A DNA stretch of 64,000 bases from Ptychomitrium polyphyllum (lineage: Eukaryota), in the NCBI GenBank assembly GCA_973851085.1, contig OZ316776.1:7874001-7938000 (forward strand), in the 5' to 3' direction. Positions 13,479 through 26,000 of the stretch are shown here, piece after piece (the stretch's first letter is position 1; the number at the start of each line of letters is the position of its first letter). A program made the position numbers and the translations under genes. Under the pieces are notes generated by a model. The model ran no database searches, was not told where the DNA came from, and worked only from the letters and a program-made list of their open reading frames with translations.

Positions 13479-13661
13479 ATGGCTTTGGTAGCAAATGGCT
13501 TTGGTAGCAAATGGCTTTGGTAGCAAATGGCATTGGTAGCAAATGGCTTTGGTAGCAAATGGCATTGGTAGCAAATGGCATTGGTAGCAAATGGCATTGG
13601 TAGCAAATGGCATTGGTAGCAAATGGCATTGGTAGCAAATGGCATTGGTAGCAAATGGCAT
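13479..13661. repeat. Minisatellite, 16-bp unit ATGGC(A/T)TTGGTAGCAA x~11
   Basis: About 11.4 tandem copies. The T variant is concentrated at the left end and the A variant at the right. Explains the PFATNAICYQCHLL ORFs. Confidence 0.95.
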
Positions 13662-16600
13662 CTCAGCTTGCTGGTTTGTGTTTATTGTTTGGCAAAGCAT
13701 CAACTCTCAAGTGCAAATGCCAACAAGACGACACCAAAACAGAGTACAATGAGAGGCTTGGATGTCCAATTTGCACTTGGCTGTACCCTCACCCAATCAA
13801 TAAGCTAGTGTAGGCCACAGCCCTTCAAACTTGAAGGACCAATGCAGTCCAACCGACCATCGCATGAAGAGTGGACATGGATGCCAGATTACGCTAACGC
13901 CAGAATATTGTACAATCCTCAACTCCATAAGAAAGAAGACATAGCTGGCCAACTATCTTGAAATTAGTGGATAATCTGCATGTACCTAATAATCAGAATT
14001 TTTTGCAGTTTTCCTCAGTTCAGGGTACTGACTACTACTGGATTTCATCTTTACTGATGTTTATCTCCTGAAGATCAGGGCAATGCAGCATGATGATATT
14101 TGATTCTAGATGTGGAATTGATGCAAACTTTTTCTTACAATTACTTCAGCAAATTAAAGCATACAAGAGTTTGTCTTAATCCAGAATTACTGGTTCCATG
14201 CTTCCAATTGTCAGTTCTGACTGCTTTGTCATAAGATCAAGATTGAAGAGTAACCTAATCACAAAAGGATTGACCTCATGGACAGTCACTAATGGATAAG
14301 TCTAATTGTGTGATTACTGTATGTTATTGCATATCTATTTTGTACATAAAATAAACATATTTTCCAAGGCAATAATGTAGGTTTCTTGATCATCAACTCT
14401 GTACTCTGTACTGCTATGCATGTCTTGGAAGGGCAACCCATCAGGGCATTGTTTCATGACACCAGATGGGAACAGAAACTTTGCCTTCAGAAGGCTGAGT
14501 GGTCATCAATGGGCTTGACTAAGCTCAATTGAAAAAATTTCAAAGGCTTCAACTGGCAGCTTCATTCCCTTGTCTGAAAGCTTCAGGCCAACTTCAACTC
14601 ATTTGAAGTCAAAGTCCAAATTCATAGTCCATAAGTGCCAGAAAAAGTCCATGCAATACTGCAGAGCCCTGTGATATAAACCCTACATGCTCATGTTGGG
14701 TTTAGCAATCTGAAGCTCAAACAGATGACACAATCTCAATAGTTATGGAATTACCCATCTTCAAGCAAAGTGTGAAAGGTATAATGGTTCAGATTTATGA
14801 ATCACAAAGCTACTAGCATCAAGGAAATTTTGGTTGGTTCCTTTATGGGATTCTTTTTAAATGATAATAAGTAACAAAAATAAAACTTCCAAATAATAAC
14901 TTCATAAACATTAAGAAGTTATTGAATATTATTTTATCAAAATTTTGCGTGAGAAAAAAATTCCTATGAATATGTTGGATTTTTAAATTTTTGTTTTTTT
15001 GAATAAAATAACAATAAAAATAATACAGTTTCAAAGCTTTATAGTACAAGCTGTTCAACAAAACATAACTTTTTTTTGAAATAAAATGATTCTTTAAAAT
15101 GTGGATAATATACCATCATTGCAAATTAAATTTATACTTAAGTTTGTTTTGAATGTTTTCAAAAGCATTAAAATGATAGGTAAGGTAGATAGAATTCAAA
15201 TACATTCACTTTTTCAAAATGAAGTTTGGTTTCTAAATTCTTTTAAAACACAATACACACATTGCAATTGGATTATATTAATATTTATGACATTTTTTAA
15301 TAAGCAAATTTGAATACTTACAGCTTACCTTACATATCTACAAACTAATTGTCTAGTCCTGTTAATTTAAACCACCTATACATGTCCCAATATACCATTC
15401 TTTGGTAAAATTAGTATAAACAATAAATTCTTTGATGGTTTAAATAGGTGGAACACTTGAAGAGATTAATACAACAAATGTAGAAAAAATGTTAGAATAA
15501 AAAAATTTGATTCTATTTATTCCTTCCAATTGTTATATACATCTTTGAAATCAATTTAGAACGAATTTTCAAAAAATATAATATATTTTACAAACATATG
15601 TGAAATACACCTTGAATTTTATTTGATTTTATGTATACTTTTAATTAAATTAAAACCACTTTTAAATTTTCTTATGAACAAATGTATATATCACATATAA
15701 GATTTAATGGTATCCAAGGCATAATTGAACATATAATCAAAGCTCCTTAAGTGTTGCTTCTTTAAATGTTATGATTTCCTAATTGTTATATTTTTGGTGT
15801 TCTCAAAAGAAGTACATTTGCAAATGTTATATGTTAAATGTCAAACAACTTAAAAGAATCTACGCTCTTCCTTTGATGAATCCATCCTTGATAAATGTTA
15901 TTTTATTTTATTTACTAAAATAAGGTATTTCTATTAATATATATTATGTACAATAGTCATCTATATGTGCAATTGTATGAAAATGAATAAATTGAGGGTT
16001 AGGATTTAGGATTTTCTATATAACCTCCTTTTGCAAGTACAAATCATACTAAAGAACTTTCAATGTTCCTTCTTTATTGTATCACACTTAATAATATATC
16101 TTTTCTTTAATGGTATCTACAATATGATGGTTAAAAAGTACTTGTGATTGTTGGATAATACAAATGAACTAATGACTTATTCTAAGATTAGGCTTTTGAA
16201 TTAGAATTAAAATATATGAAAATGAATACATTTAAGATTAGGAAACTTGGTCACTAATGTCAAAGTTCTTTAAATTATTATGTTACTCCATATGTACCAC
16301 TTATTATTGATAATTGATATTTTTTGCAACTTTCACCTTTGATTAATGTTACCTACTTAAGTGTGATTTATTAAAAATTGATAATAGTTATATGTTAAAT
16401 CTCTTAAAATGTTTTTCCACTCCAAAAGCCTAACATTTAAGGAAGGTCGACCTTTATACAAGCATCATTGTTTATTAGCATGTAAGAGTTGTCAACCTTT
16501 GCCAGGTTTTACCTGTAGGGCCTCTTGCATTTGGGCCTCTTGCATTTGTATTGTTCTTTGCAGTGAATGATCCTTTGCATTGTTTAGAATAAATTGGTTA

Positions 16601-19600
16601 CTAAATTACAACAGTTTTATTTTAATTTGTTTTAAACTAAAATTTTCTCAGTTTAGAAATCTTCATATGTATGCATCTAACATTTTGAATCAAATTAAAA
16701 ATGAAATTTCTCAGCTCAATGGTCAGAGATACAGTTGCTTTTTACCATTGTGGGTGCTTAGGAGGATAAGTTGATGTATTGCTGAGGTGAGTGTGTGCAG
16801 GTTGCAAAACCAACTTTTTGGTATCCTTCTGATTGAGGGCGTGGGAGTTGTCAGTTTTCTTTTTAAACTTGCAACTTTAGCCCTGATTGACTGCAAGGTC
16901 AATAAAAGTAGTGCCTGCAATTTGCACTTTGAAGCTGGAATTTCATAGGTCAGCTTCTAGTAAATTCCTCCATGGGAATATGGAAGGGTGCATGAGGATG
17001 AAGCAACAAGAGCATATCTTACAGGAGTACTTTAGAAATACATTTATATAGTTTAACGCAAATGAAGCAAAATCATTGTAAAGAGGCCACTTATTCAGAG
17101 TAAACTTCCAAATGGTGAAATGCAGAATGGGCCTACAGGAAGGAGGTGGGAGAAGGGGGTGAGAGTGGAAAGTAAACCTTCCAGTCCATCTATTATGAAT
17201 TGTGGTTAAGATTAACTTCTCCCATCAAGGTACATGGAACCCAGACCAATGAATTGATGAATTTTGCATTTGCAACCACCTAGAGGAAGAAAAAGAATGA
17301 TTGCTCCAGAGTAAAAGATATGGATACGGGCATAGTAAAAGAATATTATCAAGATTTTAAGTTTATAATGTATGTGTATATATGCACACATGAATATATA
17401 TAGTAACTATTGTATTTTAACACTTATACAAGTAACATTCATAAGAGTAAAAGTGTATAACAAATGCTCATTTGATACTTAATATATTGACTTATGAGAA
17501 ATTTTCAAGTTAAATTTTTAAACAAAACCATTTTACCATCATATACTTTAAATAAATGAATACTATGTAATAGTGTTTCTCCAATGTTACAAAACTATCA
17601 ATCTTATTTCAATAAAAAGAGTAATATCAAGTAATGTAATGTGTGATTTACATTAGCTTAATACCTTGATTAATATGCAATGGAATTGACATTCTTAAAG
17701 CAATAAATTCAAAAATATCAAGTTTATCATGTTTAAAAAAAAACCACAATCAGCTTTATATTTTATTCTAAATATTTTGTCTACACTCATTAAACAATGT
17801 ACAAACCATATTTGAATTTTGAACTTTTTTCCTAATAAAATTATATAAGTTTGTGAAAATAACGTTTTCATTCTATGTGAATTTAAGGTCCTTTTGTTTT
17901 CAATATTGTTGCAGCAACATAAAAAGATTGTTACTTCTTTGAAGAACATTTTTAATTTACTTTACAACTAATTTTTTCAAAAAGAAAATCACCTCTAAAA
18001 TTCATTTAGCCATAATTTATCAAAAAATTAGTCATCTATTTCGAAAAGAAATTAGTGTCAAAAACTCCTATGTGGCTACAATATACCAAAAGAGATATTT
18101 AATACTACCAGTTCTATTTGCAAAAATAAATACTAAAATTAAACTCCCGTTTATGCATTACCACCATCAAATGCCAACAAGATTTTGATAGGAACAAGAT
18201 ATTTTGTTACAATACAATGTTACCTATGAACTGTTTCACCGTGATGCAAAATACCGTGTCATTAAATACAATGTTTACTATACTTATTGTACGTGGTGTG
18301 ATACTGCGACACAACCATGTAACAATTAGTGTATCATAAGATATGAACAATCAACCAGAAGACTTGGTTGTTGGGGCCTGGAGGGTCCAACGTAAGATCC
18401 CCTTACCCACGATTCTGTTCTGGTAAAGAGCGTGGATTTTCAATTGAAGCCGACAATATTAAAGTCTTATAAGCTTCTGAAGCTTACAAATTTCATAGTT
18501 CAAGACTAGAAAGGAGGCAAAGCGCCGAGGATTCACTCATCTGGTACATTGCACGTAGGCAGAGACAGGCACTGCAAACTCCTGGAGCAAGCAGCTGCCC
18601 AGAGCAGTTGCACCAGGCATCATTGCAAGTTCTGAGAGGGCAGCAGGGAAACCAGCACAAATGGTGGCCCAAGGAAGAACTCACTAACGCTCAGCTTTCG
18701 AAAAGGATAGCCAGTCAGTCAGGCCCAGAAGTAGCAGCCCGCGCCTACTTCAGAGAAAAGAAACTATTATACAATTCATGCTGTTGGCGATCGGAGAAGA
18801 ATGAATTCTTTACAAGAGCTGCACCCCAAGACTGTCCTTACATCCCGGATCGGTGGGCCACAACTCTGGAAGAGAATGCGGTTACATTGTCCATTTGGCC
18901 TCGAGGCTGTATTTCGGAGCGCAAGGAACCTAGCTGATTGCGGAACCGGTTTATCGCACCAGGAAGGCCAAACGCAAGCTCCACGCCTCCCCTATAGCAA
19001 TGCTGCCTTCAGATTCCCAAGTTTTTATTCATCCCATGTCCTGAGTCCAAGTGTTTCTAAGGGTGTCTGTACGGGTTTTTCCGCGGTTATTCAAAACGAC
19101 AAAACTGAAATGCATGGTGTAAGGGAATCCCTTCTTGTGAGGAACCAGGATGGAACGCCTCACATGAAGCAAGGCCCAAGCACTTAAAGCATTCTCAAGA
19201 GAAGTACCAGTTTTCTACCCAACTTGCCATTTTAACCCTTAAATACTCCAGATCAAAATGACAAAAATTTAGTTTAAGTTTTTTAATTTTGGAACAAAGA
19301 TAGGCGTGGATGGAATTAGGCCGTAAGAGCAAGGTCAATGACAGCAAGCGAGAAATTAAATGGAGAAGTGGGTAAATTACCAAATCAAAAGTGTAGAGAT
19401 TTTGTTCAGGTAATGTATTCAAAATCTGCAAAACTTGTCATGTCATGCTTAAAAAAAGGTCTGCTTAGATTGACATTAACAAGACCAACGATAAGCCTTA
19501 TTCTAAAAGTGCTTATTAATGGCTTCCAAAGCATTGAAGAGAATATTTTTTGCAACTCTTGGACAAACTTCCAAAGATCTTATTGACATTCAAGTACTTG

Positions 19601-20582
19601 TGAGGAGGTTCTGGAAAACCAACAAAGTCCACCACAAAGAACAAAAATCATGCATTGAAAGACATGGAAACTATTGACACCATTGCAAAACTCGTATGTA
19701 CTGCAAAGTTGACGATTTGAGCCAATGATCAAGTGAAGAAGGAAAACAATAACACTCCATACTAGCATGTTTTTGTGATATTCAAGTTTTGAATTAGGAT
19801 AGATGCCGCATCTATAATATGCACATGGCAGCACCACATCCGAGTCTCATCTAAGCACAGCCACGCTGTGCAAGAGGACTCCCTGTGTAAGTATTGAGGT
19901 TCCACTATGGTAACCACCCAAAACGTACAACCCCTCGCTATCAAGCTAACTTACTAACTAGTACTCAACTAAGTCAGTGTGCCATGCTATTTCATCACAC
20001 TGGCCACTTCGTCGATCTCTACACTCACTAAGCCACCTCAAAGTAGTATTCGTACTCACTACATGACACTACTCCACCCCAGTCAGGAAAGTATTAGTGA
20101 TGATCGAATGGCCTCCAGATCTTGACGTGAATGCGAAAATTGAAGTTGACCGCTTCAAAACACATCAGAACCAGTCTCTTTTCGGCTACATCACCAGTCA
20201 CTTGAAGTGGGTGTCTCCACACAGAGCAGCAAGAAGAAAAGTGATTTTGGCCACCGTAGCGCATGCTACTCTTAATGCCTTCTCTAGAAGGTAGACTCCA
20301 TGTAGCCCAACGTAACCAGTAACCAATGCACAGAAGCACAATTAACTCCCGTGGAGGATCGACTCCAGCCGCCATTTCTCTCCAGCTCAACAATGCCTCC
20401 CCCAGCATTCTTCAAGGCAATTCCATCAAATCCACGAAAACAGAGTCCCATCCTGCACATCACTAAAAACTCATTCTCAGCTCCATGTTCGTTAACATCT
20501 AAGGACAAGCGGAATGCACTATTTGCTAACGGAAAAACTTGACAGTATTTGAAATCACTACGGAAGTGTGTACCTGAATCAT

Positions 20583-21656
20583 TTACTCCGAAGTGGTGGT
20601 GATGCAGGAGCAGGGGCTGCTGCAGCTGGAATCCGACATGGCAGGGGAGCTGAAGTCAAAAAATTGGCCGGGGCTGTGGCCCAGGAGCTCCTCGATCATC
20701 TCCGCTGCGAACTTGTCCTCCTCCGACATGCAGCTCTCGCTGGAGTTCGCCGGTTGTATCTTTGGTTCAGAGAAAGAGGCGGTGTCGCCGAATTGCACCT
20801 TCCGCACCCAGTTGGCCGAGTCGTTCGCTTGCCGACCAGTCTTCTTCTGCCAAATGCCCAGATTGGATTGCTCTGCATCGAGGCAGAGACAAGTGAGCGA
20901 CTGCGTCTGAACACTACGCGCATTGTCTTTGGAGCTAACGGCCTTGTCGCCTTCTTGCTGCTGCGACTGGAGATACCAGCGATGCAACTTAGCGCTCAGC
21001 GTGGCGGACAGCATCTGCGAGTTGGGGCCCTTGGGCGCGTTGGGGTCGTAGGGGAAATTGGTGCGCGCGCGCAAGCCGCACATGAGACGCGCCGCTTCGT
21101 CGTACGCATGGGCTGCGTCCTCTGCCGTCTCGAACGTGCCTAACCATACCCTCGTCTTTCTGCACACACAGAAACACGACAATTGGCCTAACACTCAGCT
21201 CAACTCGAGGTTTCGATCCACATGACCCCGCCAAATTGATGAAAATACACACAGCACTTCGAACAAGCAATGCGGGTCACACTGAAAACCTTCACAACAA
21301 AGCTTTTAAATTTTGAAAAACAAAACATAAAAATCTAAACCAGCAGAAGCAATGCAAGTCCGCTCGTCTCGAAAACAGCCCGAGTTACTAAATTCAGTAC
21401 ATGTCACTGCACGACTAAGCACCCTGAAACAGCTGACACTTAACAGTTCACGAGCACCTCAAAATCATCCGCAACAAGCAATGCTGATAAAAATTTCACA
21501 CACAACATACTCATACAATGCTAGCTCCCGGAAAACAAAATTCTTGAGCTCGTTGGGGGCAAGGCAAGGCACGTACAAAAGAGGGTGGCGAATCTCGGAG
21601 ACCCAGGAGCCCCAGTGGCGTTGGCGCACCCCTCGGTACCTCTGTTGCCTGCCCAT
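20583..21656 (-). CDS. AP2/ERF transcription factor, ERF group V (SHINE/WIN1/ESE3-like), 218 aa
   Basis: Exon 1 21656-21577 ([26 protein letters not shown]), intron 21576-21160 (GTACGT...TGCAG), exon 2 21159-20583 ([37 protein letters not shown]...). Group V motifs [31 protein letters not shown] and [14 protein letters not shown] are present. The intron inside the AP2 domain at HPL/L is typical of this group. Confidence 0.96.
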
Positions 21657-22996
21657 TGCGAAGCTTTCTACGGATCTCTCCTCTTCTCTTGCACTGATCT
21701 AGGCTCACACTAGACCAAGTGCAGAAGGGAAGTTCGTTTGGAGCTGGACACAACTTCCAGTTGCAGGTGAGGGTGAGCTCAGAGAGGAACACTGAGACAA
21801 GGCGAGGAGTGAGGAGGTGGGAGGCTGGGCAGGGATCGTGTCAGTGAGTAACTTAGTGAGTTCAGCACCCAATTCGTCATATATGTAAGAGCCCAGAGAT
21901 GGCCTCCGCCGCCAGCAGAATATCAATTGTTTCATATTCTATTCCGTGTCCACTTCTTCGACCAGGTTTGACTCCAACCACCAGAAGTTACCATACTGGA
22001 TTGGGTGATTTGCTCGCCCAGGAGATGGCTTTCGTGGTATTAGGAGGTCAACCATAGCGCTTCTACCAACTAAACTTACTGCAGTCTGTTTGCAACATCA
22101 CACGCGGCATTTACTTCGCCAAATTTGACAGAGGTAGCAAATTTGGCAAAATTCGGTACATATGAAAAACCGGTATTTGACAATTTCCTGAGTCACTGTA
22201 ACCGAAAATTCTGAACGATTCGTATGCTTTTGCTCCTTCCCTCCAATTCTGATTTCTCTAAAATTAACAGGTGCAAAATTGCAACTTGGCCATTTGAGGG
22301 AGTGTTTACAGTCAGTACTAGAAATGGATTGGTTTAACGTTTTTTCGCAATTTTGTGCATTTTTTTCTGAATCTTTCAGTATTTTCAGATGCGTAAGATG
22401 ACTCTAGAGTGCGTTGAAGGTGTTTATTTAGCATAACTCAGGAGCTTCTCTTCTTACTGGTTGACCGACTAAACAGGTGCTGAATAATGAGCAAACTTCC
22501 TGGCCTGTAATCTGGGATGATCCTCCTTTGGGTGCATTCAAGCGTTTTCTCTTTGCAGAGGTGAGCTTCAAGTGACCTACTCTGGTAAGTTATTCACATT
22601 TTACATGAGGGAATACCTAAACACCCTTTTTGATGTCACATAAGTAAATAAAGCAAATAAATAAATTATCAAAATCCTTCCTTTTGCTCACTTATTCCAA
22701 TAGCTACCAACTCAACTTATTCTGTTCAATGTGTGATTTCATATGATATTAGAGCTTTTCCACCACATAAGCTTTGAACCACCCAAACTTTGCTTTCTAA
22801 GAAATGTTTATAATTTAGAAGCCATACTCCAACCTTCCATTAATATATTAGAGGTATTTGTATCTTTTTAAAGTCCTCAAGTCTTTAACTTTCCACAAAT
22901 ATCAAAGCCTTCTTCCTTGACATCTTTCTCTTTCTTAATAGCCATAAGATGACAATGGCTTAATTTTAAGGCTCCATGTGACTAAAATATGCAACA

Positions 22997-23096
22997 NNNN
23001 NNNNNNNNNNNNNNNNNNNNNNNNNNNNNNNNNNNNNNNNNNNNNNNNNNNNNNNNNNNNNNNNNNNNNNNNNNNNNNNNNNNNNNNNNNNNNNNN
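22997..23096. other. Assembly gap (100 N)
   Basis: Run of 100 N; the true distance and contiguity across it are unknown. Confidence 0.99.
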
Positions 23097-26000
23097 GAGG
23101 TAGTTGGAGGGGTTTGGGTGGAGATGCTCTTAGGATTGTCATGATCCTGCTTTGTGTCTATTTTGTGCTTCCCCAGACGTAGGAAAGCACCTGTGATCAA
23201 ACTGGTCTGGAAATGATAAAATATCAAGGTACTGCTGAAGGAAATTAATTGCTGTTTACTGCCTGATTAGAAACATATATTTGTATGAACTGATATAACT
23301 ACTTCTAGTTGAATCTGTGGTCAAGCATAGGACTGACTTCTAGTTGAAACTGTGGTTTGCCTGTGGGCCATGCTCAAGGCTGGGTTTCAAGTCACAGAAG
23401 GCAGTCTCAAAAGTGGCAAAGCTGAAGTTCAAATTGTGCAGTGCAAAGCAGAGGGCAGAGTATTGGAATCCCATGTACCGATCTGAGTAAGTTAATGTTC
23501 ACTGAAGCTGTTGATTATGGTGAGTCTAGTAGTAAATATTAGGAGCAGAACTGCCTCCTATAACATTCCTAGGGGTGGGCATAATTCACTGATCCATAAT
23601 TATTCAAAGCACCAAGAAAGAAGGCAGAGTCACTGGTAGCAGTCAAAGGACTCTCATGGAGCACATTGAGTTATTTGCACATGTGCCCACCATGGAGTAT
23701 GGGTTTTCCTCTCCCTCCACATTGAAGTGGAACTTTTCATACAGTATTCCCAGTCATTAGGGCTTGGAACCTGATCTTCCCCCTCATGATTAGTCCAGTT
23801 CCTTATTAACTCACGCATTTATGAGACCACTACTCTGCCCTGGTCTTTTGCTCTAGTTACATGCTGCAAACAAGAAAGAAACTTGCTTTCTTGCCTTCAA
23901 CTTCTTGAAACTTGAAAGTTTGGGCCCTTAGTTCAGCTGCCAGAATACAAGTAAGTTGAGAGTTACTGACTTAGACACAGTCAAATTGGCAATGCGTGTA
24001 CAGAGCAGGGTGCTACTGCTGGCCCACTTCTGGAAATACAAAATTCAAGATTATCATGTGAACCTCACTAATTGTACTTTGTCTCCACTCCCAAATGTGA
24101 TCTGAATAATCATTTATTTATTTGTAAACGAAAAGTAAGCAAGTTCACTGTAAAGTTATTATCTTTTGTGCACCCAGAATACTATCTACAAAAAATAAAA
24201 TTTCATACTAGAGTTTTTTAAGTAAGACAATAGACTTAAAAACATTCCTACATTTTTGTCCAAATTCAAATGACTTTTATGTAAGTTTTGTTTGAACAGG
24301 TTTCTACTTTGTTTCATTTTTAGAAAAAGGATGCACTAGCATTATGGATTAAAATTATCATTCATTGCCAAAAAAAACTTTAAAAGGCTAGTACAATTTG
24401 TTATGAACACATTTCATTTCATTCTTCTTGTACATTGCAACTTAATTGCAAGTAAGACCTTCATGCTATGTATATAGCTTGTCCAAGTTCCTCATTTGAT
24501 ATTGCTACCTATTAGTTAGTGTAGGTGCTGATGGGGGAGCCACATAGACCATTACCTGCTGATTGTAACTTACCAGTAAAACTTGAAAGATAAAACCTTT
24601 TGAAGCATTTTTTTTTCAAATTAAATCAATGCAGACAATTATGTGTGTTTGTATCTAAAATTAGTGTCTGTGTAGTTGCTGGGAGCTCTAGTGAAGCTGG
24701 TGCATATGTTCAGCAGTAGATTTCTAAATAACTATTGCAGATTCTGTATTTTCAACTTTCTTTACCACACCTGCTGCTATTCTGGCTAGTGTGTCTGAGC
24801 CTTGAAGGAAATGCCCTCTTTCTCTCTTAGTTTGGTTAGAGAATGCAAATGTTGGACCTGTGAAACAAAAGCTTATGCATGAAGCAGCACTACAAATAAT
24901 AGCATGTGAGGGTGACGGTGAATGCTTTGTCTCCATACTGGTGGCACACTAGTAGCAATGGAGTGTTCAGTAGATGGAATTTATCAGAAGCAATCTAACA
25001 TTGTCAATTCTGTTTCAGGGCAAATGCATCTAATCCAAGGCCATGTGCGGCAGGGCATCCAGCATGTTACTTTGTCACTGCAGCTATGGACAACATTGAC
25101 TCCCTGTGCTCCGCTCAATGCTGACAAGTCACACTAAGTTAATGGAATTCCAGGGGGAATTTTACATCACTTGGTTAGGGTCAACAGAGAGTACCCAAAT
25201 TGGCCAGTTTTTTCTTCATCTAGTCCTTGCTTTCATAGACCTGTCAAGAGAAGCTTCTCAGTAGTCATAATTAATCCCATAAATCCCTTCTTTTCAGGCC
25301 CACAAGTACAGTGTACATAGTATTATTTTCTGAATTCTAATAGTCTGGTCCCTTTGACATGGTTCATCAATATGGGTGCTGTTCACACCCCAGTACTTAA
25401 ACAATACTTTTAAACACCCTTCTTTTTAGGGATAATTCCATCATTTAATTATTCCATTCCATTGTCAAAACCTTATTCTACTAAGAATTGAGGAAATTTT
25501 AAGGAAATTAAGGAGCCACATCTAGACTCATGCTTTTGTTCAATCATGCCCTCAGTATTGTTTACTCTTTGTTTCCCACTTTCCAAAGTGAAGCTATGGA
25601 TGATAAAAACCAACGTTGGTTAACCTTTTCTGACTCCTCTATTTTGCATAGATTCACTAGTGGGTCACTATTCCGTCATCTGCTCAACATTATGGGAACT
25701 TGACTTACATGCTCCTGTAAGTAATGACCCTACATGGATGGTGGGTCCACCCAAGCCAACTACTGAAATTCTTAGCAACATAATTGCCATCATTTTGAAA
25801 TTGATTTCCTTCACATTTACCTTAGAAACTTTTCTTGCAATGTACTCTTTAACAAGATGCACAGCTGTACAAGAAGGCAGGCCAGAATTAAATCACTGTA
25901 ATTCCTGTTTGATGAGTTTTGCTGCTGGATAAGTTCCATCCACTGAGGAGTTGTACACTCTTTCTGTACTGAAAGACATTTTCAATTACATCAACAAACA

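Noticed and set aside
16965..17030. EYGRVHEDEATRAY resembling a YqaJ/lambda-exonuclease motif
   Set aside because: Flanked by stops, and the expected downstream SPDG and E(I/V)KC motifs were not found in any frame I read; probably chance.
18608..19187. Two overlapping 109-128 aa + strand ORFs
   Set aside because: No recognisable domain or convincing exon structure.
20568..21143. 191-aa and 105-aa + strand ORFs
   Set aside because: Antisense shadows of the GC-rich ERF exon 2.
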